DNA of 52,751 bases, taken from positions 1 through 52,751 of the IMG/VR virus record IMGVR_UViG_3300025892_000028, one strand, 5' to 3'. The position numbers and the translations under genes were made by a program. Below are positions 28,601 through 38,200 of the stretch, in pieces. The notes below the pieces were generated by a model that had not been told where the DNA came from, did no database searches, and saw only the letters and a program-made list of their open reading frames with translations. Source of the stretch: a virus. Taxonomy: Duplodnaviria; Caudoviricetes. Every line of letters starts with the position of its first letter. Position 1 is the stretch's first letter.

Positions 28601-30245
28601 TGTATTTAATACTGCAGGAACAGGAAATATTGAATTAGTGAATGATGATTTAGATGTCGTAGAACTTCCTGACAATGCTATTTCTGTCGATAATACTCTA
28701 GGAACCTCAGCACTATTTGGTTCTAATCAAAAAATTCTTCGTGTCAATCAACCCAATCATGGTATGAAAGAAGGTGATCTTGTCATAATTGATAATGCTG
28801 TTGGTGCTGGTGCAGAAAATGGTATTTTCGGAGTTCCTGTAACATTAATCAATGGTTTGCATTCGGTTAGTAATGTTGGTATTGATGAGTATTGCATTTT
28901 TATTGATACTACTCTTTGGAATGCTGCTAATGTCGCTATGACTGGAAGTGGTTCTGGGGGTGGAAATGCAATGACAGCAACCACCAATAAGTTGTATCAA
29001 ATCGTTTCTCCTCAAGTTGCTCTTCTAACTTTCCCGTCATCTACAGTTTCTCAGAATATTAAAACTGTCTATGGCAAACCAGTTGATTCAACTACAACTA
29101 ATGAATATAAAATTTCTCCTACCTACTTTATTACTTCCAATGACAATTATTACTTTGAAGAAAGTAGAGTAATTGCTTCGGCAGTCAATGAAGTATACAG
29201 AGGTCAATCATCTTTAATGAATGGAGAAAGATCTGTAACTCAAACTATTTCGCTTCAAACATCAAAAGATAATATCTCACCTGTGCTTGATGCCAACAGA
29301 TGCAATTTGATCACTGTTTCTTCTAGAATGGATAATCCAACTGGTAAAGAAGATAGATTTGGTACTGTCTCTCAAACTTTAATCGTAGATGTAAATTCCG
29401 ACTATACAGTAACAACTGTTAGTCCTGATGTAGTTTCAACAGGAGTCTTTACTTATTCAAATTCTAGTGGTGGTGATTTTATCAATACCATTGATACTTC
29501 TAGTAGACTAGTACAAACAGCTTCTGGTGCGTCAGGTCAAATTGTTGATGTTGATTTAGCAAATAGCACATTAAAATTAATTGATATTACCGGCACTTTT
29601 GTTGCAGGCAATCCTGTTACTCAGAGTGCAGTAACCGCAACATTATCTACTACCACACTTAAATCTGGTATTGTTATTGGTTGGGATTCGGGAACTGGAT
29701 CACTGAAAGTTAAAGTTACTACTGAGGATTTATTCGTATCTGGTGACATTATTGATGATAGTAATACAGGAACATCTCCACAAACGAGCAGAGTTATTAA
29801 TTCAATCACGGGATCTAATGGGTTCTTATTTGTGGGTGAAGATTCATTCAACAGTTCTTCATCTTCTAAGTATCTCACTAAAGAGGTAACATTAGAAACT
29901 CCAGGAACATCTCTTGATTGTAAGATTACTGCAAATATGTTTGATAATAAAAATATCAAAGTCTTCTATAAAGTAAGACCTGATGGCAGTTCTGATGATT
30001 TCAAGAATATCTCATGGGAAGCCTTCAATGGCACAGGATACTCAGACAATACGAATACTGTAATTCCAAGTAATCTTAAATCTTTCTCTCCATCGGTAGA
30101 AGATTTAGGTTCATATCTGGAATATGCTTATAGCGTAGATAATCTGAAACCATTCTCATCATTCGCAATTAAAATTGTGTTTGTTGGAAATGATCCATCA
30201 CTTGCTCCAAGAATTGAAGACATTCGTGCTATCGCTCACTCATAA
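22665..30245 (+). CDS. Large virion structural protein, VrlC/DUF4815-like (2526 aa)
   Basis: PYFDDFD...FYRVLFRPG.SIQSRELTTLQSILQ, NYAAPGAHRLK, LARRTFDESGDY, GKAYIKGYE, DPLAQTF, LYKSQN and SFAIKIV. Confidence 0.88.
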   Translation: MPQSTNLNKAPYFDDFDPNSNFYRVLFRPGYSIQSRELTTLQSILQSQVESLAKANFRQGSVVVPGEVIVDKQYSYVKVSSFTNNLQITDYIGKKMTGNISGVVATVLNATASTSTDSPTLFVKYETGGNTNTALTFSEGETITANTPGSPTAIVGITGNVKPTESSAMGYGSAVSVREGIYFINGSLVKNENATLLLDKYGNSPTYKVGFIVSEQLITPEEDFSLLDNAQGYSNYAAPGAHRLKLSVTLVTRPINLEAQKDFVELLQVRNGNVDATVDLVSPNSLIEDILARRTFDESGDYVVKEFLLNFKESLATADNNGVYSATQGGSEDKFVAVIEPGKAYIKGYEIETTSVRYVEIDKARTTETQENNSLSPGEGSNFTVTNLLSFPDVESKSQSLTGTGLLSTNAYQELKLYDKYNDIVFGQSTANLDGTAPEAENFWMVTIETLSATDQVALNTNYSNGALSGQVRYYQLNASLTEAVAILTKASSVGFDIGDNITMGAVSGTLKTAERLTTPYIGVGKTKSVKFLTGTSAAGVYNKTSLYKLGLFGVEYFTKILCRNPLNFSVGKFITGQSSGARGIVEQLLTDTNELILSRVSGNFTDAETLLSEQDGTTTPYNFVEPKGSLASLKVASFGATYAANTDITAINVNGVNKLTEIGASNITILSNEIRSIAITDAARAALGTFTTAPTIEIVDPTGSGCVVVADLNDSTIVNYDSSFVKSFFNATTGNNFAGDIYSNDLSFYIDNGATFSGTEGDYFITADNLGSRPDVDLVKGDVIAVVDNAGVTRKYLTKYSVPDGSSGSAKIFIYGAVLSAFATKKISRIRSKLSGAESNTLLYPLPNKHVKTMVLDANNTNIDYTVQQEFLGNLDNSGSISISVGTNEQFLGYTSENYVMSNPNTGELLDLSNNDPSNPTVSLGNSAQSITLDLGATFADIPFKLIAPIRKADTSPKTKILVENQEYNVSTGFSDPSIPIQYADGLKLKAIYMSATAADATNNDVQVTDRFNFDGGQRDTHYDLARITLKPGAIAPTSKLLVVFDYFKHIGGVNTGDYFTVDSYTNITYSDIPYYNSSVYGRISLRDTVDFRPRVSDYDGLDTATVLPGYSDKVTVNALKFTGTGSSPSTLPISGTSFDSGYEFYLNRIDSVYISKSGGFVVSKGTPALNPQTPQEISDGILLYHLNIPAYTYSLSDITSKSFDNRRYTMRDIGKLEKRVEKLEYYTVLSLLEQDTFNTQVRDEFGNDRFKNGILVDNFEGHGIGNTASTDYKCAVDTQLGILRPSYAASQTSLIEKDLNDAQRTASGYVRKGELIMLPYTEITTVENLAATKTITVNPNKSAKFAGVMTLEPNIDEWKDTYTAPELIVNENSVFDNIKNNNSELWGSLWNEWQISWTGTPTYVLNNSTNFTGSSNQFASVPDVAIASKTRTRSRNGTLNRVSPYGSAALDRGQRSLATPYNPYIRTKKVQFVVSGLEPNTKLYAFFDGISVSSWVNPDDVTNITTPFTGIAGYAEKGFGEDIVTDDNGSISGIFLVPNGYAPTKTKKTIDLQTSPGTFYDNTSSKKSFVVGSKSFRLTSSATNSGSNADVATFAETSYNVTGLPETFTTSIQSTRVPYISRRSTSNSDTVQYVGSSLVNINQSGLLDPLAQTFKVSAFEEGLFLSSIDLYFGNKATPTGEDTNRPVSVYLTETNGGVPTRTVLPFSECTMDSDTRLRIKMSVDVPSGVTLLAGETITGKTSGAVGTIKTNLTTTTANARYNLILSNHNGIEFLAGEEFTVNRSPAITITTFNVDDDSGVVEKIKVTSFGSQYDDSTTTVNITGDIGGSFGSSASASAKIYNGKVYEVNLTNKGSGYYTAPTVIINGGDSLASATAVFKVTNPAVKMGISSSTDASNKTKFNFRSPVYLQNDAVYALVVTTSSKDYTLYSSVVGDTLLNSGIAAAAQPNVGSLYKSQNSSAWVEDKLQDLKFVANRCVFNTAGTGNIELVNDDLDVVELPDNAISVDNTLGTSALFGSNQKILRVNQPNHGMKEGDLVIIDNAVGAGAENGIFGVPVTLINGLHSVSNVGIDEYCIFIDTTLWNAANVAMTGSGSGGGNAMTATTNKLYQIVSPQVALLTFPSSTVSQNIKTVYGKPVDSTTTNEYKISPTYFITSNDNYYFEESRVIASAVNEVYRGQSSLMNGERSVTQTISLQTSKDNISPVLDANRCNLITVSSRMDNPTGKEDRFGTVSQTLIVDVNSDYTVTTVSPDVVSTGVFTYSNSSGGDFINTIDTSSRLVQTASGASGQIVDVDLANSTLKLIDITGTFVAGNPVTQSAVTATLSTTTLKSGIVIGWDSGTGSLKVKVTTEDLFVSGDIIDDSNTGTSPQTSRVINSITGSNGFLFVGEDSFNSSSSSKYLTKEVTLETPGTSLDCKITANMFDNKNIKVFYKVRPDGSSDDFKNISWEAFNGTGYSDNTNTVIPSNLKSFSPSVEDLGSYLEYAYSVDNLKPFSSFAIKIVFVGNDPSLAPRIEDIRAIAHS

Positions 30246-30448
30246 TGGATAAGGTCAAAGTAGAAGGTCACAGCAACTTATATCGTGATACACAAAGTGG
30301 TGCTGTAATCAATTCCAATCGTTCGGAATATGAAAAATATATGAAAGCCAAGCAAAATAGAACTGGCATGAGAAATGAGATAAATACTTTGAAGCAAGAA
30401 CTTGATGAAATCAAGCAGTTACTAAAGAAACTTACAAATGGCAATTAG
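30245..30448 (+). CDS. Small coiled-coil protein
   Basis: KVEGHSNLYRD..SGAVIN followed by a heptad repeat; from memory this type of gene usually follows the VrlC-like gene in cyanomyoviruses. Confidence 0.78.
   Translation: MDKVKVEGHSNLYRDTQSGAVINSNRSEYEKYMKAKQNRTGMRNEINTLKQELDEIKQLLKKLTNGN
30380..30386 (+). promoter_or_regulatory. Possible late promoter for the fibre gene at 30438
   Basis: ATAAATA about 50 nt upstream of the ATG, inside the upstream ORF. Confidence 0.45.
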
Positions 30449-32555
30449 AGAAGTATTAGTTAGTTTTACATTCGAGCAACAGCGCCAGATGCTTAATCTG
30501 ATCGGCGCTGATGTGGGAGATGCAAGTTTATTACTAACTCCGACAAATGTTGTAGTCACTGCAATCAATGAGATCATCACTGGTGATGTTGATTTATCAA
30601 ACCAAACTATTGGGATGGATGATGGCACACTAGTATCACCAAGTTTATTTTGGGATGCGGGTCAAGGATTTTATAAAGTAGATGCTAATAAATTAGGATT
30701 AACTACCAGTCTTGCCGTTACTGGTAACTTAGAAGTAGATGGAGATATTACATTTAGAGCTGGTTCTGGAACTGGAGGAACATTAACATTCGGTGATCTT
30801 GATACTGATAATATTGTCCTTAATGCAGAACTTCAATCAAGTATCGTTCCTGATAGCACAGCAAATTATAATCTAGGTAGCCTTAACAAGCAATGGAATA
30901 ACTTATGGATTGATGGAACTGCTTCTATTGATACACTAGAAGTGGATTTGAATACTACACTTACTGGAGAACTTGCAGTAAATTCAGGTATTCTTAAGGT
31001 TGATAGTGGAACTGTAACGACAGCAACTATTTTCAATAATTACATCACTACTGCCCAAGTCCTTATGGACGCAACTGATATTACAATAGGTGCTAATGTT
31101 GCTGGCAGTCTTGCTATCAGAAATAATAATATTACAACATCGAGAACTAGTATCAATGTTTTTAATACGATAGCAACAACAGTTAATGCTTTTGGTGCTG
31201 CCTCTAATGTAGTTACTGGTTTTAGTACTTTTGGAACCACTGGAGTAAATAGTAACTTTAATATTAGATCTGATGATACCGTCCTAGATGGTGACTTAAA
31301 CGTCAATGGTGGTGAAATTCTATCATCACAAAATACTTTTGATCTTTTAATTGCTAATAATGATGTAAGAATTGGTGCTGCTAATGGTGTTGGCGAAACC
31401 ATAATTAATAATTCACTGAAGGTTACTGAGAATGTAAATCTTGCAAACTCAGGAACAAATATTACTATTAAAGATAATACAACAAACGCTCTTGCTATCA
31501 AAGAGGGTTCTAATACTTATGTTCAACTTCAGACGACTGATGCATCTGAAAGAGTTATTATCTATAAAGATCTTTATGTTGTAGGTAACCTTGATATTTC
31601 GGGTTCATCAACAGTCATTGATACAACTACTTTAACAGTAGAAGATAAGAATATTGAACTTGGAACTAGCGGATCACCTACCGATGCCTTAGCAGATGGT
31701 GGCGGAATTACATTAAAGGGAACTAGTGATAAGACAATTACTTACAGTAATACTAATACAGCATGGACATCTTCGGAAAACTTTGATCTTGCTAGTGGAA
31801 AACAGTATAGAATTAATAATGTAAACTTCTTAACATCCACTCAAATTGGTCCGTCAACTGGAGTTATTTCACTTGGTGCTGGTGTAACAACATCATCTTT
31901 GACTTCTGTTGGAACTTTAAGTGCTCTAACAGTATCTGGTAATGGATCAATTGGTGGAACCCTTGGAGTTGGTGGAGCAACTCCAAGTCTTTATCATTCT
32001 GCTACTAATGGACTTGTAGTTTCAAGAGGTGGAATAAATGAAGGCATCACAATTGACTGTTCTAATCAGGCAGGTATATTTTTCAGCAATGGTTCTAATG
32101 GTGCCGTAGATATTAACGGACAACTCATTTATTATCATACAGCTAATGATGAAAGTATGAGAATGCTTGTTGATGGTGGTGAAAGAATGCGTATAAATAA
32201 TGATCGTATTATAACAACAGTTGAAATAGTTGATCCTCTTGGTTCAATAAGAAGTTTTGGAGTTGTTACAAAAAGTTCTGACTATACGCCAGTTCATACT
32301 GATGCTGGAAAAATGATTAAGAGAACTGGTGGAAATGTGACAATTGCTTATGATGGTGCTTTCGATAATGGTGATATAATTACCATCCTCAATACTTCAT
32401 CAACTTCTATGAGTATTATTCAGGGTGCAGGTAATACTTTATATAATACTGCAGATGGAACAACTGGTAATAGAACATTAGCAGCTAGAGGATCAGCTAC
32501 AGTTCTTTCTGCAGCTGGTACAACTTTTTATATTTCTGGTTCTGGGTTAAGCTAA
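30438..32555 (+). CDS. Putative tail fibre protein (705 aa)
   Basis: N-terminal TFEQQRQ..N / AINEI fibre-attachment motifs, triple-beta-helix-like repeats (V.GNL.V.G, LTVEDKNIELG...ADGGGITLKG, SSLTSVGTL) and a C-terminal knob-like domain. Confidence 0.72.
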   Translation: MAIREVLVSFTFEQQRQMLNLIGADVGDASLLLTPTNVVVTAINEIITGDVDLSNQTIGMDDGTLVSPSLFWDAGQGFYKVDANKLGLTTSLAVTGNLEVDGDITFRAGSGTGGTLTFGDLDTDNIVLNAELQSSIVPDSTANYNLGSLNKQWNNLWIDGTASIDTLEVDLNTTLTGELAVNSGILKVDSGTVTTATIFNNYITTAQVLMDATDITIGANVAGSLAIRNNNITTSRTSINVFNTIATTVNAFGAASNVVTGFSTFGTTGVNSNFNIRSDDTVLDGDLNVNGGEILSSQNTFDLLIANNDVRIGAANGVGETIINNSLKVTENVNLANSGTNITIKDNTTNALAIKEGSNTYVQLQTTDASERVIIYKDLYVVGNLDISGSSTVIDTTTLTVEDKNIELGTSGSPTDALADGGGITLKGTSDKTITYSNTNTAWTSSENFDLASGKQYRINNVNFLTSTQIGPSTGVISLGAGVTTSSLTSVGTLSALTVSGNGSIGGTLGVGGATPSLYHSATNGLVVSRGGINEGITIDCSNQAGIFFSNGSNGAVDINGQLIYYHTANDESMRMLVDGGERMRINNDRIITTVEIVDPLGSIRSFGVVTKSSDYTPVHTDAGKMIKRTGGNVTIAYDGAFDNGDIITILNTSSTSMSIIQGAGNTLYNTADGTTGNRTLAARGSATVLSAAGTTFYISGSGLS

Positions 32556-32565
32556 TGCGTATTAA

Positions 32566-32594
32566 TTGACAGACTAAATAAATTGTAGTATAAT
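32566..32594 (+). promoter_or_regulatory. Perfect-consensus sigma70 promoter
   Basis: TTGACA (32566-32571), 17-nt spacer, TATAAT (32589-32594); the spacer also contains CTAAATA. Confidence 0.85.
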
Positions 32595-32617
32595 AACAAC
32601 TGAAACTGAGGAACCAC

Positions 32618-32815
32618 ATGGAAGCAGCAACACTGCGTGAAAATTTCACACAACAATTTAATAGTGCCATTGAAGAGATCAAAAATCTCCAAGCACAAGT
32701 CGAAGCAAAGAAAGAACTTGCTTTAAAACTCAAAGGTGCTCTTGAAGCAATCGATCTGATGGAACCACCCGAAGAAACTACAGAACCGGAAGTAGTAACT
32801 CCAGAAGTAGAATAA
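32618..32815 (+). CDS. Small coiled-coil protein with an acidic tail (65 aa)
   Basis: GAGGA SD upstream; helical ...LKLKGALEAIDL followed by an E/P/T-rich tail. Confidence 0.78.
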   Translation: MEAATLRENFTQQFNSAIEEIKNLQAQVEAKKELALKLKGALEAIDLMEPPEETTEPEVVTPEVE

Positions 32816-32823
32816 TATAAATA
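32816..32823 (+). promoter_or_regulatory. T4-type late promoter motif
   Basis: TATAAATA immediately after the stop codon. Confidence 0.55.
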
Positions 32824-32825
32824 CT

Positions 32826-32861
32826 GACCTTCCTTATAAATAACAAGGAAGGTCTTTTTTT
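32826..32861 (+). terminator. Rho-independent terminator whose loop carries a late promoter
   Basis: Perfect 10-bp stem GACCTTCCTT / AAGGAAGGTC, loop ATAAATAAC, then T7; TATAAATA spans 32835-32842. Confidence 0.85.
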
Positions 32862-32865
32862 GTAT

Positions 32866-33204
32866 ATGTCCGCAATTACACTTAACTTAGTGATAGAACA
32901 GGGGACTGATTTTTCAGCAACCTTTACTATCAAGAATTCGGATGGCGCACCAGTTAATCTTTTGGGTTTTACTGCTGCCGCTAAACTGAAGACTAGTTAT
33001 TACACAACCAGTGCTGCAACAGATTTTGCAGTCACTTTCGTAAATAGAAGTAGTGGTATAATTAGAATTGATTTATCGGATACTGTTACAACTACATTGA
33101 AGCCAAGAAGATATGTTTATGATATTGTTCTGACATCCGCGACTGGAAATAAAACCAGATTTATTGAAGGGATTGCAACAGTAACACCAGGAGTGACAGT
33201 ATAG
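32866..33204 (+). CDS. Small virion structural/adaptor protein (112 aa)
   Basis: NLVIEQGTDFS...RYVYDIVL...TRFIEG.ATVTPGVT is typical of a small beta-sandwich virion protein family. ATG 32866 is preferred to the TTG 32860, which lies in the terminator T-run. Confidence 0.78.
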   Translation: MSAITLNLVIEQGTDFSATFTIKNSDGAPVNLLGFTAAAKLKTSYYTTSAATDFAVTFVNRSSGIIRIDLSDTVTTTLKPRRYVYDIVLTSATGNKTRFIEGIATVTPGVTV

Positions 33205-33908
33205 TGTCGAATTACGAAATTAATACTACAAATTTTACTGTTACTCAGGGTGCTACCGATCCTTATAGTATCGGTCTTAATTATGAAGCGCCGGTAAAAG
33301 GCATTCAATATCAGAATTTAATTCTGGATGATCTTGCTTCGCAATTTGATGGTGCTCAAACAGTGTTTAACTTGAGTACTTCAGGTACATCATATGAACC
33401 ATTGAATGATCAGCAACTGATTATTTCGATTGACAGTACTATTCTTCAACCTGGAGTTGGATATACAGTATCTGGAAATCAGATCACATTTGCAACTCCA
33501 CCCGCTAGCACTAGTGTGCCGTTTTTCGGCATTGCTCTTGCTAATACTGCTGATCTGACAAGAACAATTAATTATGTAGTAGATAATGGTTCGCGACCAA
33601 TGACTACAGGTAACAAAGGTTATTTGACTATTGATGTTACCGGCACTATCAGGTCATGGGTTTTACTTGCTGATGCAGATGGAACATTAGAAGTAGATTT
33701 GAGAAAATCTACCTTTGCTGACTATCCTAACGTTGTATCAATCTGTGGGGGTAATACTCCACAACTTGTATCCACTAATAAGAATACTGATATTGATTTA
33801 ACTAATTGGAACACCACTTTGAATGCAGGTGACATCATACAATATGAAGTTATAAATACTACAGTATCAATCAGTAATTTTGCTATCTCATTGAAAGTAG
33901 AATTATAA
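33204..33908 (+). CDS. Virion structural protein (234 aa, GTG start)
   Basis: LDDLASQFDG....FNL and ILQPGVGYTVSGNQITFATPP repeat, a module also seen near the C-terminus of the gp7-like protein. Confidence 0.72.
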   Translation: MSNYEINTTNFTVTQGATDPYSIGLNYEAPVKGIQYQNLILDDLASQFDGAQTVFNLSTSGTSYEPLNDQQLIISIDSTILQPGVGYTVSGNQITFATPPASTSVPFFGIALANTADLTRTINYVVDNGSRPMTTGNKGYLTIDVTGTIRSWVLLADADGTLEVDLRKSTFADYPNVVSICGGNTPQLVSTNKNTDIDLTNWNTTLNAGDIIQYEVINTTVSISNFAISLKVEL

Positions 33909-33929
33909 TAATTTTACTTTGAGTAAAAT

Positions 33930-33937
33930 TATAAATA
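33930..33937 (+). promoter_or_regulatory. T4-type late promoter
   Basis: Intergenic TATAAATA followed by a GGAGG SD before ATG 33978; a second TATAAATA lies at 33851. Confidence 0.78.
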
Positions 33938-33977
33938 TAAACAGATAAAACGAATTTTCCGTGGAGGAACACTTTAA

Positions 33978-35153
33978 ATGGCACTTTTAGTACCTAACAT
34001 TGGTGAGGTAGAGTCACTTCGCTATTTGCTGAATGCTACTCATCAAATCCCTAGAAACTTAACTCTAAAGCTTTTCACATCAAACACAGACCCTGCAGAA
34101 GGTGATGTTCCTTCAGCAACTGCTTACTATGAGCCTTATGCTGATGGTAACACTAATGGTTATGGATCAGCAGTTGATACAGGTTATCCTTTAGTAGATA
34201 ACAACCGTGCTGATCAATCATATAATGCTAACTATGGTATTCTTTTAAATGGTAATCGCTGGGCGATTGCTACTGCTGGAGATCCTATTGCTTCTGGAAC
34301 CGGCACTGGAACTGCCGCTGAATATACAATTACAGTTTCTTCTGTAACCGGAACTATTAGTGTTGGTAACCTTGTATCAGGCACAGGAATTGGCGCAGGA
34401 GCAAAAGTTTCCAGAGTTTCTGGTTCAACAATTGTTCTCACAGTTGCCAACGCTGGTGCTGTTTCTGGAACAATCAACTTCTCTGGTGGCGTAACTACTG
34501 CTACTTATCCTGAGCAAACCTTCACATTTACCGCTGCTGCTGGTAATGTTTATGGTTACTACTTGGCTCGTGCAAACAACATGCCTCTGACAATTCAGGG
34601 TGTAGTTGATGCTGCCGGTGCTTCTGCAGGAACTACCCTTACTAAGGGTGATAACACAAATCCATGTAATGGTGTTGTTGGTAATTCCTTCATCACTCTT
34701 CCAAACGTCGCTTCCATCATGGACGACATCACAGTTGGAATGGATGTTACTGGTAACAATGGCGTTGCATCAAACACCGTTATCATCGGTATTGATCTTC
34801 TTAATAGAATCCTCTATTTGAACAATGCTCTGATTGATAACATTCAGGTTGCTACCGACTCATCAATCACTCTTGAGTATAGCAAAGTAACTGCTACCGG
34901 TCATGGTTTGGTTGCTGGTGATGTTATTTACATCGCACAGGGTTCAACCAACACTGGCACAGTTGCTGCTACATACACAATCTTCTCTGTAGATGATGCT
35001 AATACATTCACTACAACTCCTGCTCTGAAAGGAACGGGCGACCTCACTCTTTACAGCAGCATCATGTTTGCTGAAAGATTTACAAATGGTCCATACCCCA
35101 TTCAGAACAACGGTGACCAAATCAAGATCACATTGAACGTCAGCCTCGACTGA
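33978..35153 (+). CDS. Putative abundant virion structural protein (391 aa)
   Basis: MALLVPNIGE...LKLF...YGYYL...FAERFT.GPY.IQNNGDQIKITL; strong SD, own late promoter and own terminator. Confidence 0.75.
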   Translation: MALLVPNIGEVESLRYLLNATHQIPRNLTLKLFTSNTDPAEGDVPSATAYYEPYADGNTNGYGSAVDTGYPLVDNNRADQSYNANYGILLNGNRWAIATAGDPIASGTGTGTAAEYTITVSSVTGTISVGNLVSGTGIGAGAKVSRVSGSTIVLTVANAGAVSGTINFSGGVTTATYPEQTFTFTAAAGNVYGYYLARANNMPLTIQGVVDAAGASAGTTLTKGDNTNPCNGVVGNSFITLPNVASIMDDITVGMDVTGNNGVASNTVIIGIDLLNRILYLNNALIDNIQVATDSSITLEYSKVTATGHGLVAGDVIYIAQGSTNTGTVAATYTIFSVDDANTFTTTPALKGTGDLTLYSSIMFAERFTNGPYPIQNNGDQIKITLNVSLD

Positions 35154-35188
35154 TATATAGTATACAACTTTTTATTATTTGTTTTTGC

Positions 35189-35211
35189 GGGGGGATTATG
35201 TCCCCCCTTTT
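35189..35211 (+). terminator. Rho-independent terminator
   Basis: GGGGGGA-TTATG-TCCCCCC followed by TTTT. Confidence 0.78.
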
Positions 35212-35228
35212 AATGACAAAAAACATTA

Positions 35229-38200
35229 ATGAATACATTTAACTACAATACATCAAACGTAAACCATTATGTAACTACGGATTTAGGCTCTCTTGGAGAT
35301 GCCCCTACATCCACAGTCGATAATGGTGAGACCGCGTATGATTTAGTAGTTTCTGGTGATTATATTGTTACTGGTGATATATTAGTTAACTTCTTTACTG
35401 AAGAAGATTATCAAGAAATTAATTTTACTGAAACAACTTATCCGTTCGGCACGTTTAAGGTTTCTAATACTACAAACTCTGCAGCTACAGTAGTATTCGT
35501 ATCGAAACCAGAACCGATCAAGTTATATCAAAAAGCAATAGTAGTTAGAAAACAAGCCTGGACCGGTTCAGGAACCCTCTTTGAGATCGCTGACGGGCGC
35601 GAGAGGATGATTGCGCCATGGATAGGATCATCTGGACCTCTGAGGGTTTCTGGCGGCGCTGAGAGCAGCGTAACGCATAAATTTACAGAAGACTCAATAA
35701 GAACCTATGGTAGTAGCGTTGACTATGGACTAGTCCCTGCTGCTGTAGGTTCTTCTATATCTTATGGACAAGTCACTGATATTGTTGATGAAGGAGAATT
35801 TGATAATGGTGATATCATACCAGGTGATGGTAGACCCTACGGGTTATTCTCACTAGAAGGATTTAATAGCAGTAATTTCAGAATTAAAGCATGGGCTGGT
35901 TCTGGTAACATCAACATCTCTGGGCAAGAAAGTTCCCAGTTTAATGAACCAACCCCACAAATCTATATTGTAAAGACATCTAAACTGACTGGTGTTGGTT
36001 TAAATATTTACAATTCAACCAATCCAGATTCATTCACCCGAGCAACATATCAAGGAAGTGGATCGCTATTTGAAATTGGTCAGAAGGACGAAAGATCAGT
36101 ATTTGCTTATAATACTCAGACAGTAGGATCAGAATATCAGTCTCTTCAGACAGAAGATTATCAAACAATTAATCAATCTGCTGGAACTACAGAAAATTAT
36201 GGACAAATTCTCAGTCCTGCAGATGCTGGCGAACTAAGTTACGGTGGATTTAATACTAATTTTGCCAGGTTTGGAGCAATTAAAGTTAATGGTTCTGCTG
36301 CGGTAAGACAAGCAGATAATTATACTGCATCTTATGAAGCTTCATATGCCTTTGTAGATATTGGTCCTGATGTAGATATAGTAAGTGATTTCTATTATTC
36401 ATCTGGTGTTCAGTATAGGAATGGTGGTCTTGGATTTGGATCTAATGGTGGATTTAATATTGGACCCCATTACAAAATTGATGGCAGCAATGGCATCGAT
36501 CAGATGGCATGGTTCCTTGATCTCACTAATGTAACTCATATAACTGTTACTGGTATCAGAGGTAATGATAGTAATGGTGGAAATGAAGACAATATAAGTC
36601 CAGATAGTTTACAGTATTACTTCACTAAGACAGGAGTATCTGGAGTAAATGGTGTAGCATTCCCCGGCGAACAAAATTTTGTTGGTCTGGAAGTAGCAAC
36701 TGATGGTGTTAGCGAAAGAACTATCACAGTTCCAAGTGAATTCAGAGTTTCTGGTGTTCAGTTCAGTCTCCGATTATATTTCTCGCAAGATGAATATGGC
36801 ATAAAACAAGTAGCATTAAGAAATGCTGATACAAATTCAGGATTTGTTACGGTTCTTCCAGATGAGTTAGTATCTAATTATAGTGCAAGTCTCACTCATG
36901 TTGCAGTTGAAAACTCTGGTACTGGCACTGGATATACTGGAGGATTTAATTCAGGTACAGGCACTAAGTATTTTAGATTCGGCACTTCTAATGTTAATGA
37001 GTACAGAGAATTAACTTGGGTAGCTGATGCTTCAGAACTATCTGAATTTATATTTGATCTTATTGCTGGCAATAATAGTAATGGAGGAAATAGTCCAGAA
37101 AGTGTAGACGATCTCGTCTTCTATTGGAGAGATGTAAATACTTTCCGTCCTATTGAAGTACTTACAGATTCCGATGAACCTGAGGATTGGAAGAAAGTAT
37201 TTTCTACTATACCACCAGAAGCTAGAAATGCCGGACAAGAGTTTAAGTTACGTCAATTTGGATCTGGAACATTTGATAATGTTGGTATAAGATCTATTGA
37301 ATTTGTTCCTACACTGGATACATCTAATGTAAATATTGTAACTCCTAATCTTAAAACTGATACTGTTTTCGTTCGCGGCGATGCTACGGTTCAGTTTGTA
37401 GAACCAGCGGCACAAATTTATGTTGTAAATGGTTCCGGTGTTCTTACATTATCAGGCACAATGCCTGAGCAATACATTATAGGAAACTATAATACAACTG
37501 GTTCATTCATTACTTCCGGTCAGAATGATGAGAGAGCAGTATTTGATTACAATGATAGTTCTATTGAGGTAGTACAAGATCCTATTGATAATGGATCACT
37601 ATCTTCCTTTGGATCTACATCTGATTACGGTCAAGTTACTCAACCTTCCGTAGGAGAAACAAGTTACGGTCAGATAGTAGTTACAGAAACTACGCAACCA
37701 TTTGGAAGACTATTTGAAGTTACCGGTGGTGATAGAGCACACGCAAATCCAAAAGCATATCTTGGTGCTACTGCTGAGATTAGAATTACTGGTGGATATA
37801 GTAATCTCCAGTTCACTTCTCAAGCTGGTGAATCAACAGTTCTCTTCAATACTTCTGGTGGAGATGCTGATAGTTTCAGCAGACCTTACATTGGTTCTGG
37901 ATCACTCTTCCATATTGGAGATCGTGTAGAGAAGACAGTATATGCTTATAATAGTTCTTCAATTATAACTTATGAAGAACCAATTGACATTGGATTAATC
38001 ACAAATAGTGCTACACAATTTACAGATTATGGTTCTGTAGGTTCTGATTATTATCCTAATATTAATTATGGATCAGTTTCAAATGATGGATCAGATCTCA
38101 ATCCACTCGGAAAATTATTTGAAATTGGTGGATCAGCAGTTGAAGAATTCTTCCCAACGTTTGCTTGGAACCGTCAAAGTCCTCCAATTAGGATCTTCAA

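Noticed and set aside
13035-31501. Numerous antisense ORFs of 60-169 aa within gp7, gp8, the VrlC-like gene and the fibre gene
   Set aside because: They are shadow ORFs arising from the codon bias of the sense genes; no promoter, SD or domain support.
35189-35207. G6/C6 homopolymers as phase-variation tracts
   Set aside because: They form the two arms of an intergenic terminator stem.
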